Source: Flavobacteriaceae bacterium (GTDB lineage Bacteria > Bacteroidota > Bacteroidia > Flavobacteriales > Flavobacteriaceae). From it: 64,000 nt of DNA. Both the position numbers and the translations under genes were made by a program. The notes under the pieces are model-generated. The model searched no databases, was not told the origin of the DNA, and was given only the letters and a program-made list of their open reading frames with translations. Each line of letters opens with the position of its first letter. The stretch's first letter is position 1. Shown here one piece after another: positions 38,534 through 47,600 of this stretch. The stretch is from the NCBI GenBank assembly GCA_002400885.1, contig NVRM01000002.1, positions 739-64,738 of the forward strand. The letters are read 5' to 3'.

Positions 38534-38583
38534 AAAATTAAAAGTACTAAGTTGCAGTCTTAAACCTACAACCTAACACAAAC

Positions 38584-38640
38584 AAACTATTTGAATGCTA
38601 CCTTGCCTACTAGGCTGTTAGCATCCAAATAGTTTTTTTT
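38584..38640 (+). terminator. Strong rho-independent terminator
   Basis: 17-bp stem with one mismatch, AAACTATTTGAATGCTA/TAGCATCCAAATAGTTT, followed by a T8 run. Confidence 0.85.
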
Positions 38641-39164
38641 GTTCAGCAATAAAATCACCCATCATGGCATTGGCTTCTACGTCCTGAGCCTTTCCCCACT
38701 CCTACCGTAATGCACATACTATTTTAAGACATTTAAAACTGACACTACAGGTTACGTATCCTTAAAAATATTTCTCCTACCGGAATGACCAATTCTTTAA
38801 GAGCTTTTCTTTGAAGCTCCAGAGTCCCCCTTCTCCTAAGTTAAAATACATTCTGCAATCGGCGCTACCTTTCTCTAAGAATGGATATAGAGTAGTTCAA
38901 ATTTCACTTACAATTCAAAAAAAAAATCCCCTTTAATATTCCAATACACCCCCTTAAATTTTGACAATAAACTTAGAAGTTTTCCTATAAACTGTTTAAA
39001 TTTGTAGCTAATGATGTCGATTTGTGAAGCTCTAGCCTAATGCGTGTTGTATTCATATGTAGTATGTTTTAAATCTTTATACGGCAAAGTTGTTCAAAAT
39101 AAACACCCGCACCCCATAGTTATAATCAATAGTTTTAATATCTTTATCAAATATATTTATACCA

Positions 39165-40112
39165 ATGACGATTACCCAACTAAAATACGTACTATCAGTA
39201 GCAGAACATCAAAATTTTACCATTGCTTCAGAACATTGTTTTGTAACCCAACCCACGTTGAGCATGCAAATTCAAAAATTGGAAGAAGAATTAGAAGCAA
39301 AGATTTTTAACCGCAACAAAAAGCCTATTCAATTAACAGAGATTGGAGAAAAAATAGTGAAGCAGGCAAAAATCATTGTTGATGAAAGCAATCGTATTAT
39401 TGATATTGTAGATCAGCAAAAAGGATTTATCGGAGGCGAGTTCAAATTAGGAATCATCCCTACTATTATGCCAACTTTACTTCCTATGTTTTTAAAGGTT
39501 TTCATTCGAAAATACCCTAAAGTTCAATTAAAAATAGAAGAATTGACCACCGAGGAAATCATAAAGAAATTACAAGATGGACATATCGATGCAGGAATAG
39601 CCGCGACTCCCTTGGAAAATGATTCGATTAAAGAACAAATTCTTTACCATGAACCTTTTGTAGGGTATGTCCCTCAGGACCATCGTTTATATGACACTAA
39701 AAAAATAAGCATCGATAATTTAGATATTGACGACATTCTATTATTACAGGACGGTCATTGTTTTAAAGACAGTGTTGTAAACCTATGTAAAGCGTACAGA
39801 GACAAAACAAAAAAACCATTTCAATTAGAAAGTGGTAGTTTTAATACCTTAATCAAATTATCTAAAGAAGGTTTAGGTATGACCTTACTTCCGTATCTAC
39901 AAACCTTAGATTTAAGTGAGAAAGATTATAAGAGTATCCGTGAATTCGAAGCTCCAGTACCTGCGAGAGAAGTAAGTTTACTCTATCATAAGTCGCAATT
40001 AAAGATACAACTCATAGATGCCTTAAAACAGGTAATAGATAGCGTAGTAAGAGGCGCTATTTCTTTTAATGATATAAAAATCATAAGTCCATTACAAAAA
40101 AAAGGAGCTTAA
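39165..40112 (+). CDS. oxyR: LysR-family hydrogen-peroxide sensor OxyR
   Basis: 315-aa ORF with an N-terminal LysR HTH and the redox-cysteine context LLLQDGHCFKDSVVNLC, which matches the OxyR C199/C208 region. Confidence 0.88.
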   Translation: MTITQLKYVLSVAEHQNFTIASEHCFVTQPTLSMQIQKLEEELEAKIFNRNKKPIQLTEIGEKIVKQAKIIVDESNRIIDIVDQQKGFIGGEFKLGIIPTIMPTLLPMFLKVFIRKYPKVQLKIEELTTEEIIKKLQDGHIDAGIAATPLENDSIKEQILYHEPFVGYVPQDHRLYDTKKISIDNLDIDDILLLQDGHCFKDSVVNLCKAYRDKTKKPFQLESGSFNTLIKLSKEGLGMTLLPYLQTLDLSEKDYKSIREFEAPVPAREVSLLYHKSQLKIQLIDALKQVIDSVVRGAISFNDIKIISPLQKKGA

Positions 40113-40126
40113 AAGCTCCTTTTTTC
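40096..40126. terminator. Bidirectional terminator overlapping both stop codons
   Basis: Stem AGGAGCTT/AAGCTCCT flanked by A8 and T5. The oxyR stop and the stop of the convergent 71-aa ORF lie inside it. Confidence 0.6.
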
Positions 40127-40324
40127 TACGTGTTCTACTAATGTGATGTAACCATTTAATTCTGGTTTATTTTTAGTAAATGACTCTAGCCATAAATAAA
40201 GTTCTGTTATTTCAAAAGGTAACAACCTTTGTAATGCTTTCTCTAATTCATATGTAAATAACTCTTTATTGAAGCTTACTTTTTTGAGTATGGTCTTGGT
40301 ATACTCGAACATTGCTCTTGCCAT
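40109..40324 (-). CDS. Small protein of unknown function (71 aa)
   Basis: ORF with helical, non-repetitive composition, convergent with oxyR. Confidence 0.55.
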   Translation of the reverse strand: MARAMFEYTKTILKKVSFNKELFTYELEKALQRLLPFEITELYLWLESFTKNKPELNGYITLVEHVEKRSF

Positions 40325-40448
40325 GAATAAATTGTTTTAAATTCCCTAATTCAAAAACGTAATAGTCTTTAAATTATTTAGCTAATTTAATAAATTAAAC
40401 CCAACCTTGAAAAATTTTAACGCTATTTTAAGAACAATTATAAAAACT

Positions 40449-40715
40449 TTATAACTTATTTACTTTTGCGATTAGTGCAACTGCAGCCGTTTCTAAATCT
40501 TTACTAATAGATTTATAATGACTCTTTTTATTTGCTACATTTTTTTCAGAAACTCTTGTTAATAAAGAATCAAAAGCAAGAAAAACTTCACTAATAATAG
40601 CCTCAGTACTTCCAGTTTCTTCTTTAGGATTCTCTAATTCCCAGATATAACATTCTTCAATAATGTCTCCCAAGATAAAATTAATGTCCTTTTTTAAATT
40701 TTTAATACTTGCCAT
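40449..40715 (-). CDS. Small protein of unknown function (88 aa)
   Basis: ORF with helical, acidic composition, between the peroxiredoxin gene and the 71-aa ORF on the same strand. Confidence 0.6.
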   Translation of the reverse strand: MASIKNLKKDINFILGDIIEECYIWELENPKEETGSTEAIISEVFLAFDSLLTRVSEKNVANKKSHYKSISKDLETAAVALIAKVNKL

Positions 40716-40812
40716 ATGTTTATGTTTTTGATTTTTTTACAAAATTACACTAATTACCGTAACTTTTTGAGTTTTTCCTGTACTAATCTCTGTTTTTAAA
40801 AGAACATTCGCA

Positions 40813-41346
40813 CTAGCCTCTTAAAAACTCTAAGGCTACATCAATATGCTTTTCCGAGTGCATCATATCATCAAATATGTATTGAATGACTCCTTCTTTA
40901 TCAACAATATAAGTTACTCTACCAGGAATCATCCCCAAGGCCGATTTAGACACTCCAAATAATTTCCTAACTTCATTTTCTGTATCCGCTAACAAGGTGA
41001 AGGGCAATCGGTATTTTTCTTCAAACTCTTTATGTGAAGCGACAGAATCCTTACTTATTCCAATAACGGAAACATTTAAATTAGAAAACACCTCAAACTC
41101 GTCTCTAAATTTACACGCTTGCTTTGTACAGCCTGGTGTATCATCTTTTGGGTAAAAATAAATCACAACCCCTTGTTTTCCTATGACATTGTCACTTGTA
41201 AACAACACGCCATTTTGATCGAGCAATTCAAAATAAGGTACTTTATCCCCTACTTCTAACCCTTTTTTAGCCTCCGTACTTTTAAAAATGTTAAATCCCA
41301 TAATTCCTATAAATATAATAATTCCAATAATAATTAATTTCTTCAT
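40813..41346 (-). CDS. bcp: Membrane-anchored Bcp-type peroxiredoxin
   Basis: 177-aa ORF with an N-terminal TM anchor and the peroxidatic motif DDTPGCTKQAC. Confidence 0.88.
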   Translation of the reverse strand: MKKLIIIGIIIFIGIMGFNIFKSTEAKKGLEVGDKVPYFELLDQNGVLFTSDNVIGKQGVVIYFYPKDDTPGCTKQACKFRDEFEVFSNLNVSVIGISKDSVASHKEFEEKYRLPFTLLADTENEVRKLFGVSKSALGMIPGRVTYIVDKEGVIQYIFDDMMHSEKHIDVALEFLRG

Positions 41347-41433
41347 TTGCTTATGTTTTGGACAAAGGTCGCTTTTTTTAACAAATATCCCATCTTATGC
41401 ATCAATCTAGCCCTAAATTGTTAATTTTACACC

Positions 41434-42447
41434 ATGAATACATTTATAAAGAATTTACCCAAAGCAGAACTACATTTACATATAGAAGGATCATTTGAGC
41501 CAGCGTTAATGTTTAAAATTGCGCAAAGAAATAACATCAAGATTCCCTATACTTCAGTAGAAGAAATTGAGGCTGCATATAAATTTGACTGTCTACAGGA
41601 TTTTCTAGATATATATTACCAAGGAGCAAGCGTACTTATCAAAGAACAAGATTTTTATGACCTAACCTATGCCTATTTAACAAAGTGTTCCGAAGAAAAT
41701 ATTAGACATACAGAAATAATGTTTGACCCTCAAACTCATACGGAAAGAGGTGTTTCTTTTGAAACTGTTATTATGGGTATTTCAAAAGCGGTAGAAGATG
41801 CAAAAGAAAAATTAAATGTATCCGCGCTTTTAATTATGAGTTACCTCAGACATTTAAGTGAAGAAGATGCGTTTAAAACACTTGAACAGTCACTTCCTTT
41901 TAAAGATAAAATTAAAGCTGTTGGTTTAGATTCCTCGGAAAAAGGAAATCCACCACTAAAATTCATCAATGTATACAAAGCATCTATAGAAGCCGGTTAT
42001 ATCCCTGTAGCTCACGCTGGAGAGGAAGGTGACTCTACCTATATATGGGAAGCTATTGACGACTTAAAAATCAAAAGAATAGATCACGGAAATAATGCAT
42101 TACAAGATTCAAAATTAATCTCTGAAATTATAAGTAGAGACATCGCGTTGACAGTTTGTCCACTGTCCAATACAGCCTTAAAAGTTGTAGACGACCTTAA
42201 AAATCATCCTTTAAAGAAAATGATGGACTTAGGATTGAGTGTCACCATTAATTCCGATGACCCTGCCTATTTCGGGGGCTATTTAAACAAAAATTTCATT
42301 GACATACAAAAAGCCTTAGATTTAACAAAAAAAGACCTTATAGGACTTGCCTGGAACTCTTTTAGATATTCTTTATTAAATAGTAAGGAGAAAGAACAAT
42401 ATTTACAGGAATTATTCGATTATTACCAAAAACACATGAATTCATAA
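41434..42447 (+). CDS. add: Adenosine/adenine deaminase family protein
   Basis: 337-aa ORF with the metal-binding motifs HLHIEGS, HAGEEG and SDDPAYFG. The HLHIEGS form resembles the adenine-deaminase subgroup. Confidence 0.85.
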   Translation: MNTFIKNLPKAELHLHIEGSFEPALMFKIAQRNNIKIPYTSVEEIEAAYKFDCLQDFLDIYYQGASVLIKEQDFYDLTYAYLTKCSEENIRHTEIMFDPQTHTERGVSFETVIMGISKAVEDAKEKLNVSALLIMSYLRHLSEEDAFKTLEQSLPFKDKIKAVGLDSSEKGNPPLKFINVYKASIEAGYIPVAHAGEEGDSTYIWEAIDDLKIKRIDHGNNALQDSKLISEIISRDIALTVCPLSNTALKVVDDLKNHPLKKMMDLGLSVTINSDDPAYFGGYLNKNFIDIQKALDLTKKDLIGLAWNSFRYSLLNSKEKEQYLQELFDYYQKHMNS

Positions 42448-42458
42448 AAAACCTACTC

Positions 42459-43061
42459 ATGAAAAACAAAATACTCTATGCACTTATAATACTTTCCATT
42501 AGTTTAAACGCGCAAACTAGTTCGGATGCAAACGAGGTAAAACAAAGTTTAAATAATGGAACAATCGAAAATCAATTTGATTATTTAATTAAAAAATCTG
42601 GTAGTTATCAAGAATTTAAGGTCATAAAAAAGACCTGGATTTTTAAGATGAAAGACAATGTATCAGATTCTATTCATGCATTTAACACTAAAATCTCCAC
42701 TCAACAGAAAGAAATTTCTCTTCAATTAAATACCATAAACGAGCTAAACAGTAAGGTAAATGAAGTGACTAAGCAATTAGAAAATGTGAATTTGGAAAAA
42801 AACAGCATGCAATTATTCGGAATGAATATGGACAAACCTGTATATAACAGCCTCTTGTGGTCTATTATAGGAGGATTGGTACTGATTGCAGTAATTTTCA
42901 TCTTTAAATATAATCGCAGCAATCAAATCACCTCGAATGCAAAGCAAAAACTAACTGATTTGGAGGAGGAATTCACGCAGCATAGAGCATCTGCAATAGA
43001 ACGAGAACAAAAAGTTCGCAGACAATTGCAAGATGAGTTAAATAAAAACAAAAACGATTAG
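42459..43061 (+). CDS. Coiled-coil membrane protein of unknown function
   Basis: 200-aa ORF with a signal peptide, a coiled coil, one TM segment (LLWSIIGGLVLIAVIFIF) and a charged C-terminal helix. Confidence 0.75.
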   Translation: MKNKILYALIILSISLNAQTSSDANEVKQSLNNGTIENQFDYLIKKSGSYQEFKVIKKTWIFKMKDNVSDSIHAFNTKISTQQKEISLQLNTINELNSKVNEVTKQLENVNLEKNSMQLFGMNMDKPVYNSLLWSIIGGLVLIAVIFIFKYNRSNQITSNAKQKLTDLEEEFTQHRASAIEREQKVRRQLQDELNKNKND

Positions 43062-43143
43062 GGATACACCTTCGTCAATACTCAGAGCCATTTTAATTAT
43101 TTAAAATGGCTCTTTTTTTAGCTTTTTTGTATTTATTCTCCAA

Positions 43144-43151
43144 TACTTTTG
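43144..43151 (+). promoter_or_regulatory. Bacteroidota -7 promoter box
   Basis: TACTTTTG is an exact match, 16 nt upstream of the ATG at 43168. Confidence 0.45.
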
Positions 43152-43167
43152 TAGTTTTACAATTGCT

Positions 43168-43581
43168 ATGAAAAAACTCATCACATACATTGTTTCTCTA
43201 AGTATGGCCATGATAGTCCTTGTGTCTACCATGTCTTTTACTGTGAACATACGTTACTGTGATGAAAATGTAGTCGCCACCACTTTAAATTCTAATGACG
43301 ATCCGTGTAGCACGAATGATCTAAAGACATTAGAAGACTGCTGTATTCCTCAAAAGGATTGTTGCCAAGATACCGAAATCGTATTTGACGGCCACGAAGA
43401 ATTAAGGATTCAGATTTCGAAGGAAATAAAAATCCAAAAAGCATTGCTATATGCACTACTTGTAGATCCATTTTACCCGCTTTACAAAGTTGCCTTAAGT
43501 AAGCATTTACAATACACCAACTATGCTCCTCCTATAATTATTAGAGATAGACAGTTGATACATCAAGTATTTCTAATTTGA
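43168..43581 (+). CDS. Small Cys-rich membrane-anchored protein (HYC_CC_PP-like)
   Basis: 137-aa ORF with an N-terminal TM segment and the motifs RYC, CC..CC (EDCCIPQKDCCQD) and PP (YAPPIII). The family name is from memory. Confidence 0.65.
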   Translation: MKKLITYIVSLSMAMIVLVSTMSFTVNIRYCDENVVATTLNSNDDPCSTNDLKTLEDCCIPQKDCCQDTEIVFDGHEELRIQISKEIKIQKALLYALLVDPFYPLYKVALSKHLQYTNYAPPIIIRDRQLIHQVFLI

Positions 43582-43664
43582 TGTTGCGTTAAATTTTCGC
43601 AGACGCAAGTTCATTTTATGGACTGTAATCCCACAATTTATTTAAAAATTTAAAATACAACATC

Positions 43665-45908
43665 TTGAAATATATTCAATTTTTGTTGTTTTTTCTACCC
43701 CTATGCCTATTCTCTCAATCTAGTATTGAAGGTATTGTATTAGAAAAAACAGCGGACAATAAAAACACACCTTTGGCAGGAGCCACAGTGTATTGGAAAA
43801 ACACCTCCGTAGGTACTGTTACCGATTTTGACGGAAACTTTAGTATTCCGTACAGCTCCAACTTTAAACAATTAATTATCAGCTATGTTGGGTATAAAAC
43901 AACAACGATCCTAATTAGCAATACACAAAAGAGGAATTATTTTTTAACAGCGACAAGTCAGTTAGATGAAGTCGTATTAGAAAGTCGTAAAAAAACGTCT
44001 TCCCTCTCCTATTTAAGTCCTGTTCATGTAATTACTATGGACAGCAAAGAGCTTTTAAAAGCCGCTTGTTGTAATTTGGCAGAAAGCTTTGAAACCAACC
44101 CATCCATCGATGTGAATTTTGCCGATGCCGTTTCAGGAACAAAGCAAATAAAGATGCTTGGCCTCACCAGTCCATACCTTTTAATTACCACGGAAAATAT
44201 TCCTTCTATCAGAGGAGCCGCACAAGCCTATGGAATGAGTTTTATACCTGGAACATGGGTAGAAAGCATCCAAGTAACTAAAGGAGCAGGAAGTGTAACG
44301 AATGGGTTTGAAAGCATTGCAGGGCAAATAAATGCAGCCTTAAAAAAACCATTAAACGATGATGATTTCTTTTTTAATGCCTACACATCCATGGATGGTA
44401 GAAACGAGTTAAACACCCACATAAACACAAAAATAAGCGAGAAATGGGATACAGGAATTTATATCCATGGGAATATAAGAGATAAAAAATCCGATCATAA
44501 CAATGACAACTTCTTAGATGCCCCACTAGCTAAACAAGTAAATATTATGAATCGCTGGCAATATATAAATCCAGACAAAGGAACGGTTGCCTTTATTAAT
44601 TTTAAATATTTAAATGATGATAAACAAGGAGGAGCATTAGATTTTAATCCAGATACAGACAAACTCACGACCAATTATTGGGGTTCAGAAATAAAGACCG
44701 ATAGGTTTGAGCTTTCCGCAAATATAGGTTTTGTAAATATGGATATTCCTTATCAAAAACTAACGGTACAATTGGCTATTAGCAAGCACAAACAAGCCTC
44801 TTATTTCGGGCTTAACAGCTACGACATTGAACATCAAAGCATCTACAGTAATTTTATCTATAGTTCTATTATCTCTGATTCTAGACATCAGATAAAAACA
44901 GGATTGAGCCTAACCTATGATGATTACGACGAAGAGGTAAATACGCAAAATTATGAAAGGATTGAAAAATCTGTAGGAGGTTTTTTTGAATATGCTTTTG
45001 ACGATTTAGACGCAATAACGCTAACCGCAGGAATACGTTTAGACCATCATAACTTATTAGGAACCTTTGTAACGCCTCGTTTTCACATACGCTATGCTCC
45101 TTGGGAAAAATCGGCCTTTAGAATGTCTTTTGGGCGGGGAAAAAGAAGCGCAAACATCTTTGTTGAAAATCAAAAAATGTTCGCTACGTCTCGTAAAATA
45201 AACATTCAAAATACCGGAGGAAAAATTTACGGAATGAATCCTGAAACCGCTTGGAACTACGGAGTTTCTTATCTACAAGGATTTAATATACTGGGAAGAA
45301 AAGCAGACATCACCTTGGACTTTTTTAGGACTGACTTCAAAAACCAAGTGATCGTAGACTGGGAAAACCCCTTAGAAATTAGCTTTTACAATTTAGATGG
45401 ACTTAGTTTTGCAAACAGCTTTCAGGCAGAATTTAATTACAGTATTTCTAAAAATATAGACCTACGCATGGCCTATAAAAATTACAATGTTCAAACTACC
45501 TATCGTGGAGTACAGAAAGAAAAACCTCTCTTACCTAAACATCGTTTTTTCACGAATGTATCTATGGAAAGTACCGTGAAAGAAAATGGATCTCATTGGA
45601 AATTTGATGTCACATACAATTACTTAAGTAAACAGCGTTTTACTTCAAATGACCAAAGCCCTGAGGAATACCAAACAGGCATATACTCACCAACATTGGC
45701 AACTTTGAATACACAAATCACAAAGATATTCTCCCCTAAATTTGAAATCTATGCGGGCGGAGAAAACATCACCAATGTACGTCAGGACACTCCAATAATT
45801 AGTGCCGATGATCCTTTTGGAGCGTATTTTGATAGTACTCAAGTATACGGCCCCATTTTTGGTGCTTCCTATTATATAGGATTGAGGTATAAATTGAATA
45901 AAAACTAA
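43665..45908 (+). CDS. TonB-dependent receptor with CarboxypepD_reg-like N-terminal domain
   Basis: 747-aa ORF with a TTG start and signal peptide, GIVLE...GATVYW...TDFDGNFSI, a plug region and a beta-barrel ending in RYKL. Confidence 0.88.
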   Translation: MKYIQFLLFFLPLCLFSQSSIEGIVLEKTADNKNTPLAGATVYWKNTSVGTVTDFDGNFSIPYSSNFKQLIISYVGYKTTTILISNTQKRNYFLTATSQLDEVVLESRKKTSSLSYLSPVHVITMDSKELLKAACCNLAESFETNPSIDVNFADAVSGTKQIKMLGLTSPYLLITTENIPSIRGAAQAYGMSFIPGTWVESIQVTKGAGSVTNGFESIAGQINAALKKPLNDDDFFFNAYTSMDGRNELNTHINTKISEKWDTGIYIHGNIRDKKSDHNNDNFLDAPLAKQVNIMNRWQYINPDKGTVAFINFKYLNDDKQGGALDFNPDTDKLTTNYWGSEIKTDRFELSANIGFVNMDIPYQKLTVQLAISKHKQASYFGLNSYDIEHQSIYSNFIYSSIISDSRHQIKTGLSLTYDDYDEEVNTQNYERIEKSVGGFFEYAFDDLDAITLTAGIRLDHHNLLGTFVTPRFHIRYAPWEKSAFRMSFGRGKRSANIFVENQKMFATSRKINIQNTGGKIYGMNPETAWNYGVSYLQGFNILGRKADITLDFFRTDFKNQVIVDWENPLEISFYNLDGLSFANSFQAEFNYSISKNIDLRMAYKNYNVQTTYRGVQKEKPLLPKHRFFTNVSMESTVKENGSHWKFDVTYNYLSKQRFTSNDQSPEEYQTGIYSPTLATLNTQITKIFSPKFEIYAGGENITNVRQDTPIISADDPFGAYFDSTQVYGPIFGASYYIGLRYKLNKN

Positions 45909-45926
45909 GACAAAACAACTATAAAC

Positions 45927-46283
45927 ATGAAAAACTTAATCATAATAATTGCACTTTTTATTGGAACTATCGCAAGTGCTCAAAACAAAAACGAACGTGC
46001 CACCATAGATGTAAATGGTGTTTGTATGATGTGTAAAGACCGCATTGAAAAAGCATGTATCAAAACAAAAGGGGTGAAATCTGCCTTTTGGCATCCTAAA
46101 ACACATGAATTAAAATTGATTTATAATGCACGAAAAACAACGCTTGACAAAATTAAACAAAGTGTTGCTGATGTTGGACATGACACGAAGACAATTAAAG
46201 CAAGTCCTGAAGCTTATAACTCTTTACATGAATGCTGTAAGTACCGTGAACAAAGTGTCATAGACGATCATAAAGACGAATAA
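45927..46283 (+). CDS. Heavy-metal-associated (HMA) domain protein
   Basis: 118-aa ORF with a signal peptide and an HMA fold carrying a CxxC (GVCMMCKDRIEKA). Confidence 0.8.
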   Translation: MKNLIIIIALFIGTIASAQNKNERATIDVNGVCMMCKDRIEKACIKTKGVKSAFWHPKTHELKLIYNARKTTLDKIKQSVADVGHDTKTIKASPEAYNSLHECCKYREQSVIDDHKDE

Positions 46284-46338
46284 CAAATACAAGTATCGAG
46301 TACGATAAAAAAGGCTGTCAATATTAGAGGGCACTGTA

Positions 46339-46376
46339 AAAGCGATTGAGTGAAATTTAATTTCCTCAATCGCTTT
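46339..46376 (+). terminator. Terminator-like stem-loop after the HMA gene
   Basis: 12-bp perfect stem AAGCGATTGAG/CTCAATCGCTT with flanking A/T. The downstream tract is T-rich but interrupted. Confidence 0.6.
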
Positions 46377-46688
46377 ATTATTCCATATGTACCGTCCTGA
46401 AATAGCGCTACATAAAACACAAACATAATGAAAAACCTCGAGAACAATGGGAATGTCAAGTGTACTTAAAAAGAGTATTCACTTTTTTTTGCTTCAATTA
46501 ACTGCAAAAATAGCATATGGATTCTTACAAAAAAACAAGCCCAGAACAGCGAATATTTGAACTCGAACAAAAGACAAAACTTAACAAAAAGTCTATTCTA
46601 AACATCTCCTAAGTAGGGAAAGACTATACATGCTTACAGCAATACAAATGTATCGACAAAAAAAACTAAAGAGAAAACAGTACAAATC

Positions 46689-46723
46689 AAAAAACCTGAA
46701 CGATGGTACCATCGTTCAGGTTT
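46689..46723 (-). terminator. Rho-independent terminator of the minus-strand TonB receptor operon
   Basis: Perfect palindrome AAACCTGAACGATGG/CCATCGTTCAGGTTT, followed on the minus strand by a T tract. Confidence 0.8.
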
Positions 46724-46784
46724 AAATTATTAAATTTAACGTATAACAATCTGTATTGATTATTTAAGATGTCACAAACAAAAG

Positions 46785-47594
46785 TTATATTTTTGAGATT
46801 GCGTATGTCACTTTATCTACACCGTCAAATTCTGTTGTGATTTTGACAACCCATTTATCCTCTTCCACAATTAAATCAATTGTTTTAGAAGGCTTTCCTA
46901 TTTCTTCTAGCGTAAAAGTAACAGGAATATCCGCATTATCATTCCAATAATCTTCTATGTAAACAAAACTATCCCCTACAGGAGGTGACATATTTACAAT
47001 TTCCGAATTTGAGACTCCATCGCTATATCCTATTAATTTAATTCCTTCAGGAACTCCATTAGAATAAATATCACTTAATTCTGCCATTTTATCAAAAATG
47101 ATTAAGCCATAATCATAAAAGGAATCCTCCCAATCAATTCGAATGGTTACATTTTCAGGAACAAAGTGTCGCAAACGATTGTTTACTACTATTAAGGAAC
47201 TTGCAGAGGCTTTCTTTACAGAAACATCAAAACTCCCTGATTTCAGAAAAGTAACAATTGATTTCCCTTCTAATTCTCCCTTTTTTATCAATCCATTCTC
47301 CACGTCGTAATCTTTTTCTAATTCTGCAGGAGATCCGTTTTTCATCACTAATAATTCAACATTTGTATCTGTGGACATTGCATTATTAATACCTGTGAAA
47401 ATTTCAATTTCATTTCCTATTCCAACTAAAGAGATTGTTTCATACAAATTATCCGTTACTATAAATACCGTGTTTTCTTTCGTTGTAGTTCCTTTAGTCA
47501 AAACATCATTATAATCTTCTGCATCATCACAACTCACCACAGTAATTAGCGGTAAGAGCAATAACAATCTATAAATATTTTTAATTTTTTTCAT
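46785..47594 (-). CDS. Lipoprotein of unknown function, partner of the upstream TonB-dependent receptor
   Basis: 269-aa ORF with a lipobox (TVVSC), 6 nt downstream of the receptor gene. Confidence 0.75.
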   Translation of the reverse strand: MKKIKNIYRLLLLLPLITVVSCDDAEDYNDVLTKGTTTKENTVFIVTDNLYETISLVGIGNEIEIFTGINNAMSTDTNVELLVMKNGSPAELEKDYDVENGLIKKGELEGKSIVTFLKSGSFDVSVKKASASSLIVVNNRLRHFVPENVTIRIDWEDSFYDYGLIIFDKMAELSDIYSNGVPEGIKLIGYSDGVSNSEIVNMSPPVGDSFVYIEDYWNDNADIPVTFTLEEIGKPSKTIDLIVEEDKWVVKITTEFDGVDKVTYAISKI

Positions 47595-47600
47595 AATTTT

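Noticed and set aside
39044-39310. 88-aa plus-strand ORF overlapping the oxyR start
   Set aside because: It is out of frame with oxyR and overlaps it by about 145 nt. Its composition is unlike local genes, and the oxyR N-terminal HTH is intact from ATG 39165.
41347-41433. Purine riboswitch upstream of the adenosine/adenine deaminase gene. I also looked for riboswitch-like leaders upstream of the TonB receptor genes (50472-50586 and 43582-43664).
   Set aside because: The leaders are too short, and I could not find the conserved junction or loop sequences of purine or cobalamin riboswitches.
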